Positions 26,887 to 39,456 of a DNA stretch of 64,000 nucleotides are shown here, piece after piece. Each line of letters begins with the position of its first letter. The stretch's first letter is position 1. This stretch comes from Neocallimastix sp. 'constans'. Taxonomy: Eukaryota. The stretch is from positions 1,488,001 through 1,552,000 of the forward strand of contig JBODTK010000010.1 of assembly GCA_050613775.1 (NCBI GenBank), read 5' to 3'. Position numbers and translations under genes: made by a program. Below the pieces are notes generated by a model. That model was given only the letters and a program-made list of their open reading frames with translations. It ran no database searches and was not told where the DNA came from.

Positions 26887-29552
26887 GAATAATAACTAAT
26901 GAAATTATTTTATAGCCATCTTTTCATTTTAGATTAAGATCAAAAATCGAATTTAATGACAAATTTAATGAATTTCTTATTCTAAATGTTTTTACCGTTT
27001 TTTTTTTTAATTTTTATTTTTATTTTTATTTTTTTAATTTATTATTTATTATTTCATTTTGTTAATCATTAATTATTTATTAATGAATTTTTTTTACTAT
27101 TGTTAATTTATTAAATAATAAATAATAATAAAAAGAGTATTTATCAATAAATAATAAGTAATTTATAATGGAATATTAAATAATAAATAATAAATAATAA
27201 ATAATTGAATAATTGAATAATAAAATACATTTTTTGATGTCTATATTATAAATTAATATTAAAAAAAAAATGAATACAATTTTAAAGAATCTATTTACAT
27301 AAATCTATTTATATATTATATTAATTATATAATATATAAATAGATTTATAATTAATTAGTATATTAGAATGTATTTTATTTATAAAATTTAAAATTTTAT
27401 TTCATCATTAAATTTTAATGTTTTTTTTTATTTTTCATTTTCATTTTTTGATTTCTTTATTTTTTCATTTATATAAAGTATATTTAAAATATATTTAAAA
27501 TAAATTTACTTCACATAATATTATATATTAAAGTATACTAATGATACATATAATATATTTTATCAGTAAAAATAATATATTTTATTATTAAATAAATAAA
27601 TATAAAAATTGATACTTTTAAAAAAGTTTTTATTAATTAAACAAAAAAAGTTGATTTTCATAATATATTAGATTATATTCTAATAAATAGTGACTTTGTT
27701 CAAAGTGTAAATTTTTAAAAATTTATTATTTATTAAAATTCTATTGAAAATATTAATTTTATTTAGTTTAAATAAGCTGAATGCAACTTTTTTTTAAAAT
27801 AGTAACCATCACAGAATCGTCGCATCTGTGTAACATTGATACATAAATAAGTAAATAAGTCAATAAATTATAAATAAATAATAGATAAATAAATGAATAG
27901 ATAGATAAATAAATAGATAAATAGATAAATAGATAAATAAATTAATAGATAAATAAATTAATAGATAAATAGATAAATAGATAAATAGATAAACAAAAAT
28001 TAATATTTCAAATATATAAAAAAAATTTAACTTTAGAATATATAAAGTTGGGTGATACAAAGTTGATAAAATTTTCTCTAATTAAAAATTGGCAGATTCA
28101 AATTAGGTATATAAAATTTTTTATGATACTTTTTGTATAAATATGAAATAGAAAAAATACCCACATTTACTATTATTTATTATTTATTATTTATTATTTA
28201 TTATTTATTATTTATTATTTATTATTTATTATTAATAATTAATTACTATTATTATTTATTATTAATAATTAATTACTATTATTATTTATTATATCTTTAA
28301 ATTATTTATATAAACTAACCCTTATAATTAAATATTTTAATATATAAAATTAATTTTTAATATATAGATAATATTAAATATAATATTAAAGTTTTTATTA
28401 AATTAATATAATAAATAAAAAAAAAATTTGATTAAATTGAATAGAAAATAAAAATATACAAATTAAATTTTCATCTTTTTTCATATATTTCAATATATTG
28501 ATAATATATCATGAATGCATTGTAAATCAATTCATAATATATAAAATAAAAAATTATTAATATTTAAATAATTAAAATTTAAAAATTAAATAAAATTAAA
28601 AAAAAAAAAGAAAAAAATTTTTTAAACCTCTTTTTATTGAAATTGGGTTATTTTTTAATTATATATAATAATAGTATATTAATTCATATATTAATATTAC
28701 AATGTAATATATTAATATGGTTTATTTCTTATATTGAGTGTAATGCACTATGAATTTCCTTTTTTTCTTTCAATTGAATTATTAGTCATGTTTTATTAGC
28801 AATTAAAATTATTTAATTATTAATGATTATCAGTTATTTATTTTTATTTAGGTAGAATAATATATTATTTATATTCTTCTTATTAAATATTTATATTATA
28901 TCATTATTGTTATATTCTTATTTTTAATATTTTAATATTTTTATAATGTACATTCTTATTATCACTGCATATTAAATAATATTTAATAAAGTTATTTAAT
29001 ATTACTCTCATTATATTCAATTATATGATTAATATATATGAACTATTCAAAAATTCAAAAATTCAAAAAAAAAAAAAAAAAAAAAAAAGGGTTAATCTAT
29101 TAGAAATATATTTATTGAATTAATATAGAGAACTATTTTTGATATAAAATGATCATTTTTTCCTCAAAAAAAAAAAATTTTTTTTTACTTTGTTTATTTA
29201 TTTTATAGTATATTAATTATTTTGTAATTGTGTAATAATTATTTTAAGAAAATAATTCATTTTATAAAATAAATTATTAATTTTTTTATGTTAGTGTAAA
29301 TTATTTTACAATACTAAATATTTAAATTTCAATATCTTTATATATACACAAATTCAATCACTTTAATTTAAAAATATTGTATATATATATAATATTAAAA
29401 AATATTGTAAAAATTTTAAGACAATAAAACTAACTTGTGTAGATACAATTAGGAATATATTATCAATATATTTTTAAAATCTTTATTAACATAATCAAAA
29501 AAATATATAAATATTTCTATTTAATAAAGTAAAAATTATATAAATAAATAAA

Positions 29553-30416
29553 ATGAAATTCTACAACGCTTTATTATTATTAGCTGCTACTTTATCTTTA
29601 ACTCTTGCCAACAACTTAGAAGTTTCTGACCTTGAAGAAAACGATGTTGCTGGTACTAGTCTTGATGCTGGTTTTGGTGAAAGTTCTGAACCAGAAATAG
29701 ATCAAAATGAAGCTCCAATTGAACCACCAACAATTGTGCCACCTTCCTTCCCAAACACTCCAAGTACTCCACCAAGTAGTGGACCAAGTGTTCCTCCACC
29801 AAGCACTGGACCAAGTGTTCCTCCACCAAGCACTGGACCAAGTGTTCCACCACCAAGTAGTGGACCAAGTGTCCCACCACCAAGCACTGGACCAAGTGTT
29901 CCTCCACCAAGTAGTGGTCCAAGCGTACCACCAAGTTCACCAGTTACTGATAACACTTCAGCAGATAGTGTTCCAGAAAGTCCAGTAAGTGACAATACTT
30001 CAGCTGATGGTATTAATGCTAATGGTGTAACTGCTGATTCTGGTGAAGCTTCTGATGATTACGGTAATGAAAGCAGCATTAATAACATTGATAACACTCA
30101 AGCTCCAGCTGATAGTGCTGATGTTAGTGGAGATAGCGCTAATGCTGATAACGGTGAAGGATCTGATGATTATGGAGAAGCTGATAATAGTGGTGTCACT
30201 GATAATGCTGGTGTTAACTCTAACGATGTTACAAATGCTGATGCTGAAGGTGAAAATTCTGCTGATGAAGAAGAAAGTTCCACTGGAACAAAGGCTGCTC
30301 TCGGTATTGCTGGTGCTGCTGCCCTTTCTTCAGCTGGTATCTTCCTTTGGGTTAAGAGATCTAAGCGTAATGAAGGTTACGTTCAAAGTGTTCGTTCTCA
30401 AATTACTATGGTTTAA
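29553..30416 (+). CDS. Acidic, Pro/Ser-rich type-I membrane (cell-surface) protein with two SDDYG motifs
   Basis: Signal peptide, 9-aa repeats PPS(T/S)GPSVP, acidic stalk, TM segment ALGIAGAAALSSAGIFLWV and KRSKR stop-transfer. Codon usage is strongly biased. Confidence 0.9.
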   Translation: MKFYNALLLLAATLSLTLANNLEVSDLEENDVAGTSLDAGFGESSEPEIDQNEAPIEPPTIVPPSFPNTPSTPPSSGPSVPPPSTGPSVPPPSTGPSVPPPSSGPSVPPPSTGPSVPPPSSGPSVPPSSPVTDNTSADSVPESPVSDNTSADGINANGVTADSGEASDDYGNESSINNIDNTQAPADSADVSGDSANADNGEGSDDYGEADNSGVTDNAGVNSNDVTNADAEGENSADEEESSTGTKAALGIAGAAALSSAGIFLWVKRSKRNEGYVQSVRSQITMV

Positions 30417-30773
30417 AATTGAATAAAATGAAAGGAAAAATATAAATAGTAATCAACTAAATAAATTTATAATAGAAGACTATGATAAACAATAAATAAA
30501 AAAGTAATAGAGAAAACCAAATAAAATGAAATGATAAAATAATTTTAAAAGAAAGTATTATTTATTAAAAAAAAAAAGAAGAGAATCTAAATCCAAAAGA
30601 TAAAAAGAATTGTAACAATTGTAAAATATAATTTTATAGAATAAAAAATTTAATAATTCAATTTTTATTTTTAATTAAAACGATTATCAGTCGTTTAAAT
30701 TAATTTATTGTAGTAATAGAAGAATTTAAAGAAAAAAAAATAATATGTAATATAAATAATATATATTGAACCA

Positions 30774-30806
<33 letters not shown>

Positions 30807-31231
30807 TATAATACTTTTATAAATATATTTTTTAAATATTTTATTTTTTTTTTATTTTATAAATCCAAAATATATTTTATTTATATAAATAATTAAGAGT
30901 TTTATTTTAATTTTTACTTGATTTAATTTAATATAATTCATATATAATATTAATTATTAATAAGTTTCAAAAGTATAAAAAAAAAAATAAAAAAAAAAAA
31001 ATAAAAAAATTTAAAAAGTTTTAAAAAAAAAATTAAATGTCTTATTTTTTTTATTTATTTATTGTGTAATGTGGTAAGTAAATATAAAGTAATATATAAA
31101 AATAAAATAATATGAAAATATTTAAAATAATATTAAATAGAATAAAAAGTAAATAAAATAATAGTAAGAAAATTAATTTTCTTTAACATCAAAAAAAAAA
31201 AATTTAATTTCCGATTTATATAATATTGATA

Positions 31232-31830
31232 TTCGTTGCCAAAGGCTTGTGTAAAGGGTTGATGGACAATTATCAGAATCATTTAGTATTTAAGAAAGGT
31301 GTTCGTCAAGGTTATTCCCATCTCACCAATTTTATTTATTTAATTCTCTGATTGTTTATGAGAAATCATTTGAACACATTTCTGATGGTAATATTAATAT
31401 TAATTTTTTTTACATACTGTGTCTCTATGGTCTCTATGTCTCCTTCTTGGCGGAAATGTAATATATATATGAAATTTTAAAAAAAATTGGTTTCGGTTCC
31501 CCGGGGGAAAGAAGGCATTGTATTAATAATATCTTTCAATCACCTTTCGAGTCAATCTTCTTCTCCCGATTTCATATTTTGTGGGATTTGTGGAATGCCT
31601 TACTAATGCTCTGCCAATTGTGATTAGTGATTTCTACACTATGATCAATTTATATACTATTAGATCTACCGTTTGTCAAGAGTATCAATCAATGTCGAAA
31701 CAATAAGGTAAAGAAGAAATTTTGATACCGATTCGAATAATCATTTTTATCCATAGGAAATGATCATTGATGAATGGGAGTGGGGGAAGAGTTACAGGCT
31801 ATTTTTGTTCTCGAAACTCATAAAGTAGCT
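31232..31830 (+). pseudogene. Internally deleted, decayed LINE relic
   Basis: AAGAAAGGTGTTCGTCAAGGTT...TCTCACCAATTTTATT matches KRGVRQGCPLSPILF of the intact LINE. Later LLGG and VGFVECLTNALPIV match its C-terminus (VGLAEFLTNAIPII). Confidence 0.75.
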
Positions 31831-32242
31831 TTTTAATATTTTTATTTTCATATATTATATTTTTATGTATTTTTTTTTTTTTTTTAATGTTATATAAAAA
31901 ATCATGAAAAAAATTTTTTTATAAATTTTTTATTAATAAATCTTGTTAAATAAAGCTTATTACAAGTCTTTATATGTATTTATCTATTTTTTTTTTTTTT
32001 TATTTTTTAAACATATGTATTTGTGTATTTGTATGCTGTTTAATGCTAATTCATATCCAAATACACTATCAAATCAACTAGCAAAACAATATCATTTATA
32101 TAAATTATTTGTAAAAAAAAAGATATTTTAAATAAAATCGATTAAAAATTTAAAACCCATTTTTATGATACTTTTCATTCTATACAAGAAGAAAAAATAT
32201 TCTTTGGAGATAAATTTTTATTTGTTTTGATGGATGTTCATA

Positions 32243-32279
32243 CCCAATGATGGAACCTAAGCTGTATGGTTTCTGAGGG
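32243..32279 (+). ncRNA. Box C/D-type kink-turn hairpin at the LINE 5' terminus
   Basis: CCC-AAT-GATGGAACC-(10-nt loop)-GGTTTCTGA-GGG. This gives a C-stem, 3-nt bulge, tandem G.A/A.G, U.U, G-C and an extended stem. Confidence 0.6.
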
Positions 32280-32832
32280 GATTCAGCAATTAGTATAATA
32301 ATAAAATCTTAATTATTTTTCAATCTTATATGCAATTTCAATCTTTTTATATAAAACATAACTGTAGCTTTTTAAATCAATTATTCAATCAAAAGAATTT
32401 TTTACACTATACTACTAACAATATTGTTTTTGTTTTTTTCTTATATTTTTTAAATTTTTTCTATATTTTTTCTATACTTTTTATATATATATATATACTT
32501 TTTTATCGTTATATATGTTATTTTATATCTCTATATTAATTTTTTACTTTAGGTTTTTTAATTTTCATATCCTTTTACAATATTTTAACATATAAAAAAA
32601 AAAATAAATTAAATTTACTATTTTACATTATTTTATTGAATAAATAATTTTTCCACTAACATTGTTTTTTAAATATATCTTAGGAAATACAATTCATGTG
32701 AAACTATTAACTCTTATATTCAGTAAACTTAAATGTTAAATATTTTATATATAATTCTTTGGTATTCAATCCTTATAATCAATTCATTTTAAATAGAAAT
32801 TAAGTCAGTTCTTTTCTCAACTAACTCTAAAC

Positions 32833-35800
32833 ATGGATGCTTCTAGTTCTGTTAACACTACTCCCTTCCATCGTGGTTTCTACTGCTTCGGAAATCATAT
32901 GAATAATTATAGCCTTATTTTCATTCATGACCTTAATTCTTGGTCCCCTAGAAAACTAATGGCACAAGTTATTAGTAAGATCCCTTACTACAATGAAATT
33001 ATTCCATATGTTAAAAAACTTTTTTCTCCAAGGTATGGCTCATACTTCATTATTAGGGTTAATAAATACAAAAATGATCTCATCTTTTTCTATGTTTTAA
33101 ATTTCTTAAGAGATGAAATTCCTGAAACAGCTAAAATTACCTGGTCCTTGTGTAATAAACTGAATCAAAAGAACAAGTCGAGGAAATCTAAAAACATTGA
33201 TGTTGAACTTAATCCTATGGCAAAAGATTTTTTCACTAGCCATCTAAATTCAAATTCTTCTTTCTTTAATCTCTGTGTTAGTTGGAATATTAACGGTTGG
33301 AATACTGAAAAGCGAGATAGTATTTTGTATCTCAACTCTACTTTTAAACCTATATGTATCTGTCTACAAGAAACTGGAAAAAGTAAATATCTACCAAAAG
33401 ATGTTTCATCACCTTTAATTCCATATTACAACTCAGTTTTCCTTAAAGCTAATCCTAAAACCCCTGGTATGAGAGGACTCTTTATTGGTGTTCATTCTTC
33501 GTGCTCTTTCTTCCAAGAACCGTTTTTATACAAATATATCATTTCAGTTAATATTACTTCTTTTTGGAATCAAAAATGTACTATTGGTAATATCTACTTC
33601 CCTCAAAGCAAATGGAAGGAAGCAAGACTAGTTGCTTTTGATGAACTCTCTCAATGGTTACGTTTTCACAATAGAAAAAATGTTCCGGCTGTCCTAGTTG
33701 GTGACTTTAACATGTCATTAAAGAAGATCAAAACATACATTTCAAATAATTTTCCTAATTGGTATATTGCTCCTTTATATGGTAATCAATTTACATATGC
33801 TAAAGGTACTAGATCATCTTGCATTGATCATGTCATCTATAATGAGGCTTTGGCATCCCATATTAATAAAACCTCGGTTTGTACTTCGTTTTATGGTATT
33901 TCTGATCATAAACCTATTTTACTTTCTTGCAACAAAGTTCTCTCCGATGGTTTTATAAGGCCTACTAAAGTTTCTAAATGGTCAACTCATATTTGTAAAA
34001 CAAAAAATTCAGATATTTTATCACATAATTATTTTTCAATCCTAGAAAATGACCTTGATTCTCATTACAATTCGCTTACGGCTGATGAAATGGTAGAAAA
34101 ATTTATCAATACAGCTAATAATATCGGGAAAGATATTAAGGCTTTTATTCCAACAAATTTAAAGGGCTCTGCTTTTCATTGTCCTTATTACATTAAAAAA
34201 CTATCTCATGAAAAACATATTGCATTTCGAAATATTAAGCCTTACTTTAATTGTGAAAATGTTGATAATTACCTTGAACAATTTAATAAATATGAAAAAC
34301 TTTGCAAATTAATCAAGAAAACTAAGAGTAAATTTCGTTCTGCTAGATTTAAGGCTAATATAGTAAAAATAGGTAATTATTTTTTGAATAAAGATTTCAA
34401 AAATGGTTGGAGATGTTTAAAGAAAATGGCTAAACCATCATATTCATCTACCTCCCTTACTTGCATTAAATCTAAGTTTGGTCAAGATATTATCTCTCCT
34501 TCAAAGCAATTAGATAGATGGGCTGAATATTATAAAGATCTTGCTTCGGATCCCTCAGGTCACAGCCTTAATCGTAATTACTGGAATCATGCTTTAAGGA
34601 ATATTAGTCTTAGATCCACTACCTGGAATATAAATGGTCCTATTACGATTGAAGATATTAAAAAAACTATTTCATCGATGAAAAATAACAAAGCACCCGG
34701 CCCCGATGGTATTCCGATTGAATTCTACAAAGCTCTTTTTTGTAACGAAGAATTACTAGAATCACATCCTGCTGCTGGAAAGTGTTTAAAATTGATATTT
34801 AATAAAATATGGAATGGGTCATTTCCTAAAAAATGGAACTCAGCTTCTATTGTATCAATTCCTAAGAAGGGTGACCTATCAGATTGTAGTAATTATCGAG
34901 GTATTTCTCTCATTAACGTTGGACTAAAAATCATTTCAAAAATTATAACAGATAGAATATCTACTTACGCACTCTCACACAATTTCATTAGACCTGAACA
35001 ATTTGGATTTCGCAACCGCGAAGAATGCATTAGTTTATTCATTTCCGTTAGAGAAATTTGTCAAAGAAGAAAATTCCAAGGAAAATTCACATATTTAGCC
35101 TTTTTAGATCTTAAAAAAGCTTATGATTCAGTTCCTATTTTTAACATTCTTACTAAATTATATCATTATGGAGTACGCGGTAAATGTTTTGATTTTCTTT
35201 GTAATTTATATACTTCATCTAAAGCACGTGCTCGATTTGCTTCAATGTTATCAAATGAATTTCCTATTAAAAGAGGTGTTCGTCAAGGTTGTCCTTTATC
35301 TCCAATCTTATTCAATTTATTCATCAATGATATACTAAATGACTGTGAAAAGTATGGTGTTAATGTTGGAAGAAAAAAGTGTTGTGGTGGACTCTTTGCT
35401 GATGATGTTGTTCTCATTGCTCCAAATGCAAAAAATTTAGAAAAATTATTAAAAAAGGTACATAAATGGGCTAATTTAAATGAAATGACTTTTGGTATTG
35501 AAAAGTGTGCAACTATGGTTATAAAACCAATGAACTTCCAACCTCCTCCAAACTATAGTGATCCAACCTTCTATTTAGGAAAGAATGATATTCCTAAAGT
35601 TTCTAGTTATGTCTATCTTAGTATTCCTTTTTCAGATGATCTCCTACTAGAACACATTATATCTCACATGCATTTTAAAGTTAGAAAATCCCTTCTTTCA
35701 TTTACACGTTTCTTTTCAAATAAACTTATTCCTATTGTATACAAGAAAAAAGTTCTTCAATCCTTTGTTATTAGTAAAGTAATTTATTATTCTCCTTTAC

Positions 35801-36996
35801 TTGGTTCAAACAAATCTAGAACGGCTAGAATTCAAACATTAATTAATACTGGTCTATTTTGGTGTATCGGTTCCTTCTCTAAAAATGGTAAAACAAATAC
35901 AGAAAACAATGACTATATTAGACATAATTCAACAATGAGTACTTATGCTTTATCTCGAGAACTAAGCATCCCTCCTATTGCTGGTATCTGCGCAGCCTTA
36001 CAGATTAAATCATTTGCAAAATGGAGTAAATCAAACTGTATCATAAAGGATCTTATAAAATCTATTCCCAAAATGCCTTATTATTCCTGGACTAAAGAAT
36101 CTAGAACACTATATAAAAAAATCAAAAAATATAAATGTGTAAAATATGACGATATTATAGAACGTTACTGGAAATCAGTTTCCAGATTTCAAGGTATTAA
36201 AGGTCAAAACTACGATAGTAACAAGTTCTCAAACAATAAAGCTATAATAATGCTTAGCTTAAAATATCCCCAATTCAACTTAGGATTTTCGTGGATTATA
36301 CGTTTACGCTGTGGTTATAAATACAATACTACTATTGCTATTAGAATGGGTAGAGTTTCAGAAGATTGTCCAAAGTCCTGCCCATGTTGTGGTGAAGGTA
36401 ATCAATCTTTTGAACATTGGATTTTTAAATGCGATGCTCTTGCATCTTTTAGATGGAATTCTTTAAATTTCATCGATGATCTCTATGTTTTATTCCTTAG
36501 GAAGATTAGAGCGTTTAATCCTCTTTCTTCCTATGACTCTATTTCTGATTTTGAAGATTATATCAATCATTATATATACTTGTTCCTTCTTGGTGGGACT
36601 TTAGTTTTAAATGAACTACATTTCGATAGTGGGGAACAGAGACATTTAAATGAACTACTTTTCAAAGGTTCATCTGAGTCACCTGTTCCAAAAATTGTGG
36701 GCTTGGCGGAATTCTTAACAAATGCAATACCTATCATAAGTAGTTCGTTTGAGCTATTATTTGATAGGTATTGCAAAATATCAAACTTAACCAAGAGCGT
36801 CGACGTCGTACTGATAAGGCATAATGAAAATACAGGATTATCATCTATTACTACGAAGGGTGATTCTCGCCCTAGTAGCTCAATAAATGATGAATCCGGG
36901 GAGAGTTTAGTGGACACCACACTATCTATTTTAAGGATGTTACTTCTAAATTTTATTTCTTTTTTATTTGATAGGAAGGGTAAAATTCCCGCATAG
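32833..36996 (+). CDS. LINE polyprotein: APE endonuclease + reverse transcriptase + C-terminal CCHC zinc finger
   Basis: SWNING, CLQET, VGDFN, IDH, SDHKP (APE). KAPGPDG, QFGFR, FLDLKKAYDSV, GVRQGCPLSP, LFADD (RT). CPCC...EHWIFKC (zinc finger). Confidence 0.97.
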   Translation: MDASSSVNTTPFHRGFYCFGNHMNNYSLIFIHDLNSWSPRKLMAQVISKIPYYNEIIPYVKKLFSPRYGSYFIIRVNKYKNDLIFFYVLNFLRDEIPETAKITWSLCNKLNQKNKSRKSKNIDVELNPMAKDFFTSHLNSNSSFFNLCVSWNINGWNTEKRDSILYLNSTFKPICICLQETGKSKYLPKDVSSPLIPYYNSVFLKANPKTPGMRGLFIGVHSSCSFFQEPFLYKYIISVNITSFWNQKCTIGNIYFPQSKWKEARLVAFDELSQWLRFHNRKNVPAVLVGDFNMSLKKIKTYISNNFPNWYIAPLYGNQFTYAKGTRSSCIDHVIYNEALASHINKTSVCTSFYGISDHKPILLSCNKVLSDGFIRPTKVSKWSTHICKTKNSDILSHNYFSILENDLDSHYNSLTADEMVEKFINTANNIGKDIKAFIPTNLKGSAFHCPYYIKKLSHEKHIAFRNIKPYFNCENVDNYLEQFNKYEKLCKLIKKTKSKFRSARFKANIVKIGNYFLNKDFKNGWRCLKKMAKPSYSSTSLTCIKSKFGQDIISPSKQLDRWAEYYKDLASDPSGHSLNRNYWNHALRNISLRSTTWNINGPITIEDIKKTISSMKNNKAPGPDGIPIEFYKALFCNEELLESHPAAGKCLKLIFNKIWNGSFPKKWNSASIVSIPKKGDLSDCSNYRGISLINVGLKIISKIITDRISTYALSHNFIRPEQFGFRNREECISLFISVREICQRRKFQGKFTYLAFLDLKKAYDSVPIFNILTKLYHYGVRGKCFDFLCNLYTSSKARARFASMLSNEFPIKRGVRQGCPLSPILFNLFINDILNDCEKYGVNVGRKKCCGGLFADDVVLIAPNAKNLEKLLKKVHKWANLNEMTFGIEKCATMVIKPMNFQPPPNYSDPTFYLGKNDIPKVSSYVYLSIPFSDDLLLEHIISHMHFKVRKSLLSFTRFFSNKLIPIVYKKKVLQSFVISKVIYYSPLLGSNKSRTARIQTLINTGLFWCIGSFSKNGKTNTENNDYIRHNSTMSTYALSRELSIPPIAGICAALQIKSFAKWSKSNCIIKDLIKSIPKMPYYSWTKESRTLYKKIKKYKCVKYDDIIERYWKSVSRFQGIKGQNYDSNKFSNNKAIIMLSLKYPQFNLGFSWIIRLRCGYKYNTTIAIRMGRVSEDCPKSCPCCGEGNQSFEHWIFKCDALASFRWNSLNFIDDLYVLFLRKIRAFNPLSSYDSISDFEDYINHYIYLFLLGGTLVLNELHFDSGEQRHLNELLFKGSSESPVPKIVGLAEFLTNAIPIISSSFELLFDRYCKISNLTKSVDVVLIRHNENTGLSSITTKGDSRPSSSINDESGESLVDTTLSILRMLLLNFISFLFDRKGKIPA

Positions 36997-37153
36997 TACA
37001 ACTTGCCGAAATACATAGTATTTTCGAGCTTTTTATTTTTTTTATTTTTTATTTTTTAATTTTTTATTTTTTAATTTCTAATGTACTTTTCACCTACATG
37101 TATTTTTTAAAATAAAATTTAATAAAGTTTTTGGAAGTGTATTCTCTTCCCTG

Positions 37154-37207
<54 letters not shown>

Positions 37208-38276
37208 GGATGTTCATGTTTTTTATTTTTCTATCTAGTAAAAAAAAAAAAAAAAGAAATAAAATGAAATTACTAATAATAATGAAATATTATTTGGAAT
37301 TAATAATTGTCAAACTGGTAATTAAAATTCTTTTTAACTTTGTTTAATCCTATTCTAATATATATATTTTATATAAAGATTCAACTTTTCATCTTGATAT
37401 ATATTTTATTCCTAAGATTTTTCATGCCATACTTTATCTTAGTATATATTCTATTCAACAATAATTTTTCATTATAAGCATCAATTATATTTAGTACACA
37501 ATCTAAAGTTTTATATTCATTTTTCAAATTATTTATGAACAATAAGGCTCATTTTAGCTTTTTAATATTTTTTATATAAAAGACACATTTTAAAGTTTTT
37601 AAATTATAAATATCAAAATTGTTCATTAAACTACATTAGTCACTTATTCTGTTCTAAACATACTTATTTACAAATATGTCACGTATTTTTTCCTTATTTA
37701 TGAAAACCATTAATTTGTTAATTTTAATATATCTTTTATTATTAGTAATAATTTTTACATTTTAAATATATATATAAAGTTTTTTTAAAAGAATTTAAAA
37801 TTTAATATATTTTTTTATTTATTATAATTATTTTTTAAATTATTTAATTATTTTTATGAAGATTTAATAGAAAAAAAAAATTAATATTATACAAGCTTTT
37901 TAATAATATATAAAAAAATAAATTTTGGTAATATTTTTTTTTCATAATTATATATGTTTTATATATTTTACTAAAAAGATAATTAACAAAAGGAATTTGT
38001 TTTTTTATTTATTATTATTTCTAGTTTTTTTTTTTTTTTTTTCCTTTATTTTGTTAGATTTATATTAAAATAGAATAAAACAAAATTAAAAAAAAAAGAT
38101 CTATCTATTTAAAATTGAAAAGGTTTTAATATTAAAAATATATTATTATTATTATTAATTCTATATTTTTAATATTAAATTGAATTTAAACAATATTTTA
38201 AATTGTTTGTATTTAAGATTGTTTACGTTTACAATTTTTTTTTTTTTTTTTTTTTTGTATTTAAGATGGTTTATAT

Positions 38277-38909
38277 TTAAGCCATGTTTAATGGACTGTT
38301 TTCAAGTTCAGATTTCTTAGATCTCTTAATCCAAAGGAAAATACCAGCCGATGAAAGAGCAGCCGCACCAGCAATTCCGGCAGCAACAGTAGTTCCATCG
38401 GTACCTTCTTCTTCATCAGCTGAAGCTTCAGCATCATCATTAGCATCAAGATCTTCAATATTGTTAGCACCTTCAGTACCTTCTTCTCCTTCTTCTCCAT
38501 AATCATCAGAACCTTCACCTTCACCTTCACCTTCATCAGCGTTACCTTTTTCGCCAGCTTTCTCATCTCCATAGTCATCAGAAGCTTCACCTTCTTCAGC
38601 ACCGGCAGGAACATTTTCGTCAGAATTATCAGCAGGAGTATCATTAGAAGCAGTTTCATCAGCAGGAGTGTCATTTTCAGTGACATCTTCATCTTCATTT
38701 GGCTTTTCATCATCAGCTGCTGGAGTATCATCAGGAACATTACCAGTATCAACTTCATTATCTAATGGAGTGTCAGGATTTTCAGGTTCAGAGTTAACAC
38801 CGGTTTCATCGGAAACAGGAGCAACTTCTTCATTATCAGAAACTTCTAATGAATTAGCGAAAGCGAAAGAAGCAGCGGCAGCAAATAATAAAACAGATTG
38901 GAATTTCAT
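38277..38909 (-). CDS. Acidic type-I membrane protein with two SDDYG motifs (paralog 2a)
   Basis: Signal peptide, D/E-rich ectodomain, TM VAAGIAGAAALSSAGIFLWI followed by KRSKK. Confidence 0.9.
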   Translation of the reverse strand: MKFQSVLLFAAAASFAFANSLEVSDNEEVAPVSDETGVNSEPENPDTPLDNEVDTGNVPDDTPAADDEKPNEDEDVTENDTPADETASNDTPADNSDENVPAGAEEGEASDDYGDEKAGEKGNADEGEGEGEGSDDYGEEGEEGTEGANNIEDLDANDDAEASADEEEGTDGTTVAAGIAGAAALSSAGIFLWIKRSKKSELENSPLNMA

Positions 38910-39420
38910 TTTGAGATTTTTATAATTTATAAATTAATATTAATATTTAAAGACTTCTTTTTTTTTTTTTTTTTAATTATTAATTAAATTATTTTATTTT
39001 CTCTTATAATTTTAATACTATATTATTATAATATTATAAACTATTTTATTAATTTGAAAAGAGAAATTTTTTTTAAGGAAATATTTTATCTATTTATATA
39101 ATTTAAAAATTATAATAATTTAAAATAATATTAATAATTTTTATTATCTTTTATATTTTATTTTTAATTAATAAATAATATTAATATTAAGAATAGAAGA
39201 AGGGTGTTAATTTTAATATAGAATTTTTAACAATTGATTAAAAAAAAAATTAATAATTAATTTTTTTTTTTTATTTAATTATTAAATTTAATGAAATTTC
39301 AACAATTGATTTAAAAATAATAATAATAAATTATTATTATTATTATTTTTTTATATTTTATATTTAATTATTAAATTTCAAAGTATTATTATAATTTTAA
39401 AGTAATAATATAATTCCTTT

Positions 39421-39456
<36 letters not shown>

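Larger units (their letters stand above)
32242..37202 (+). mobile_element. Full-length single-ORF non-LTR retrotransposon (LINE)
   Basis: 15-bp TSD TTGATGGATGTTCAT at 32227-32241 and 37203-37217; poly(A) at 37157-37202; intact ORF. Confidence 0.95.

Noticed and set aside
29553..30416. Fungal scaffoldin ScaA
   Set aside because: Far too short and has no Cys-containing repeats; only the signal peptide + TM topology is shared.
29656..30426. Overlapping and antisense ORFs on the acidic protein genes (also 38284-38925 and 40911-41522)
   Set aside because: Shadow frames caused by repeats and codon bias.
32243..32290. SECIS, hammerhead or HDV ribozyme at the LINE 5' end
   Set aside because: The stem is too short and wrongly placed for SECIS; there is no CUGANGA/GAAA core and no HDV nested pseudoknot.
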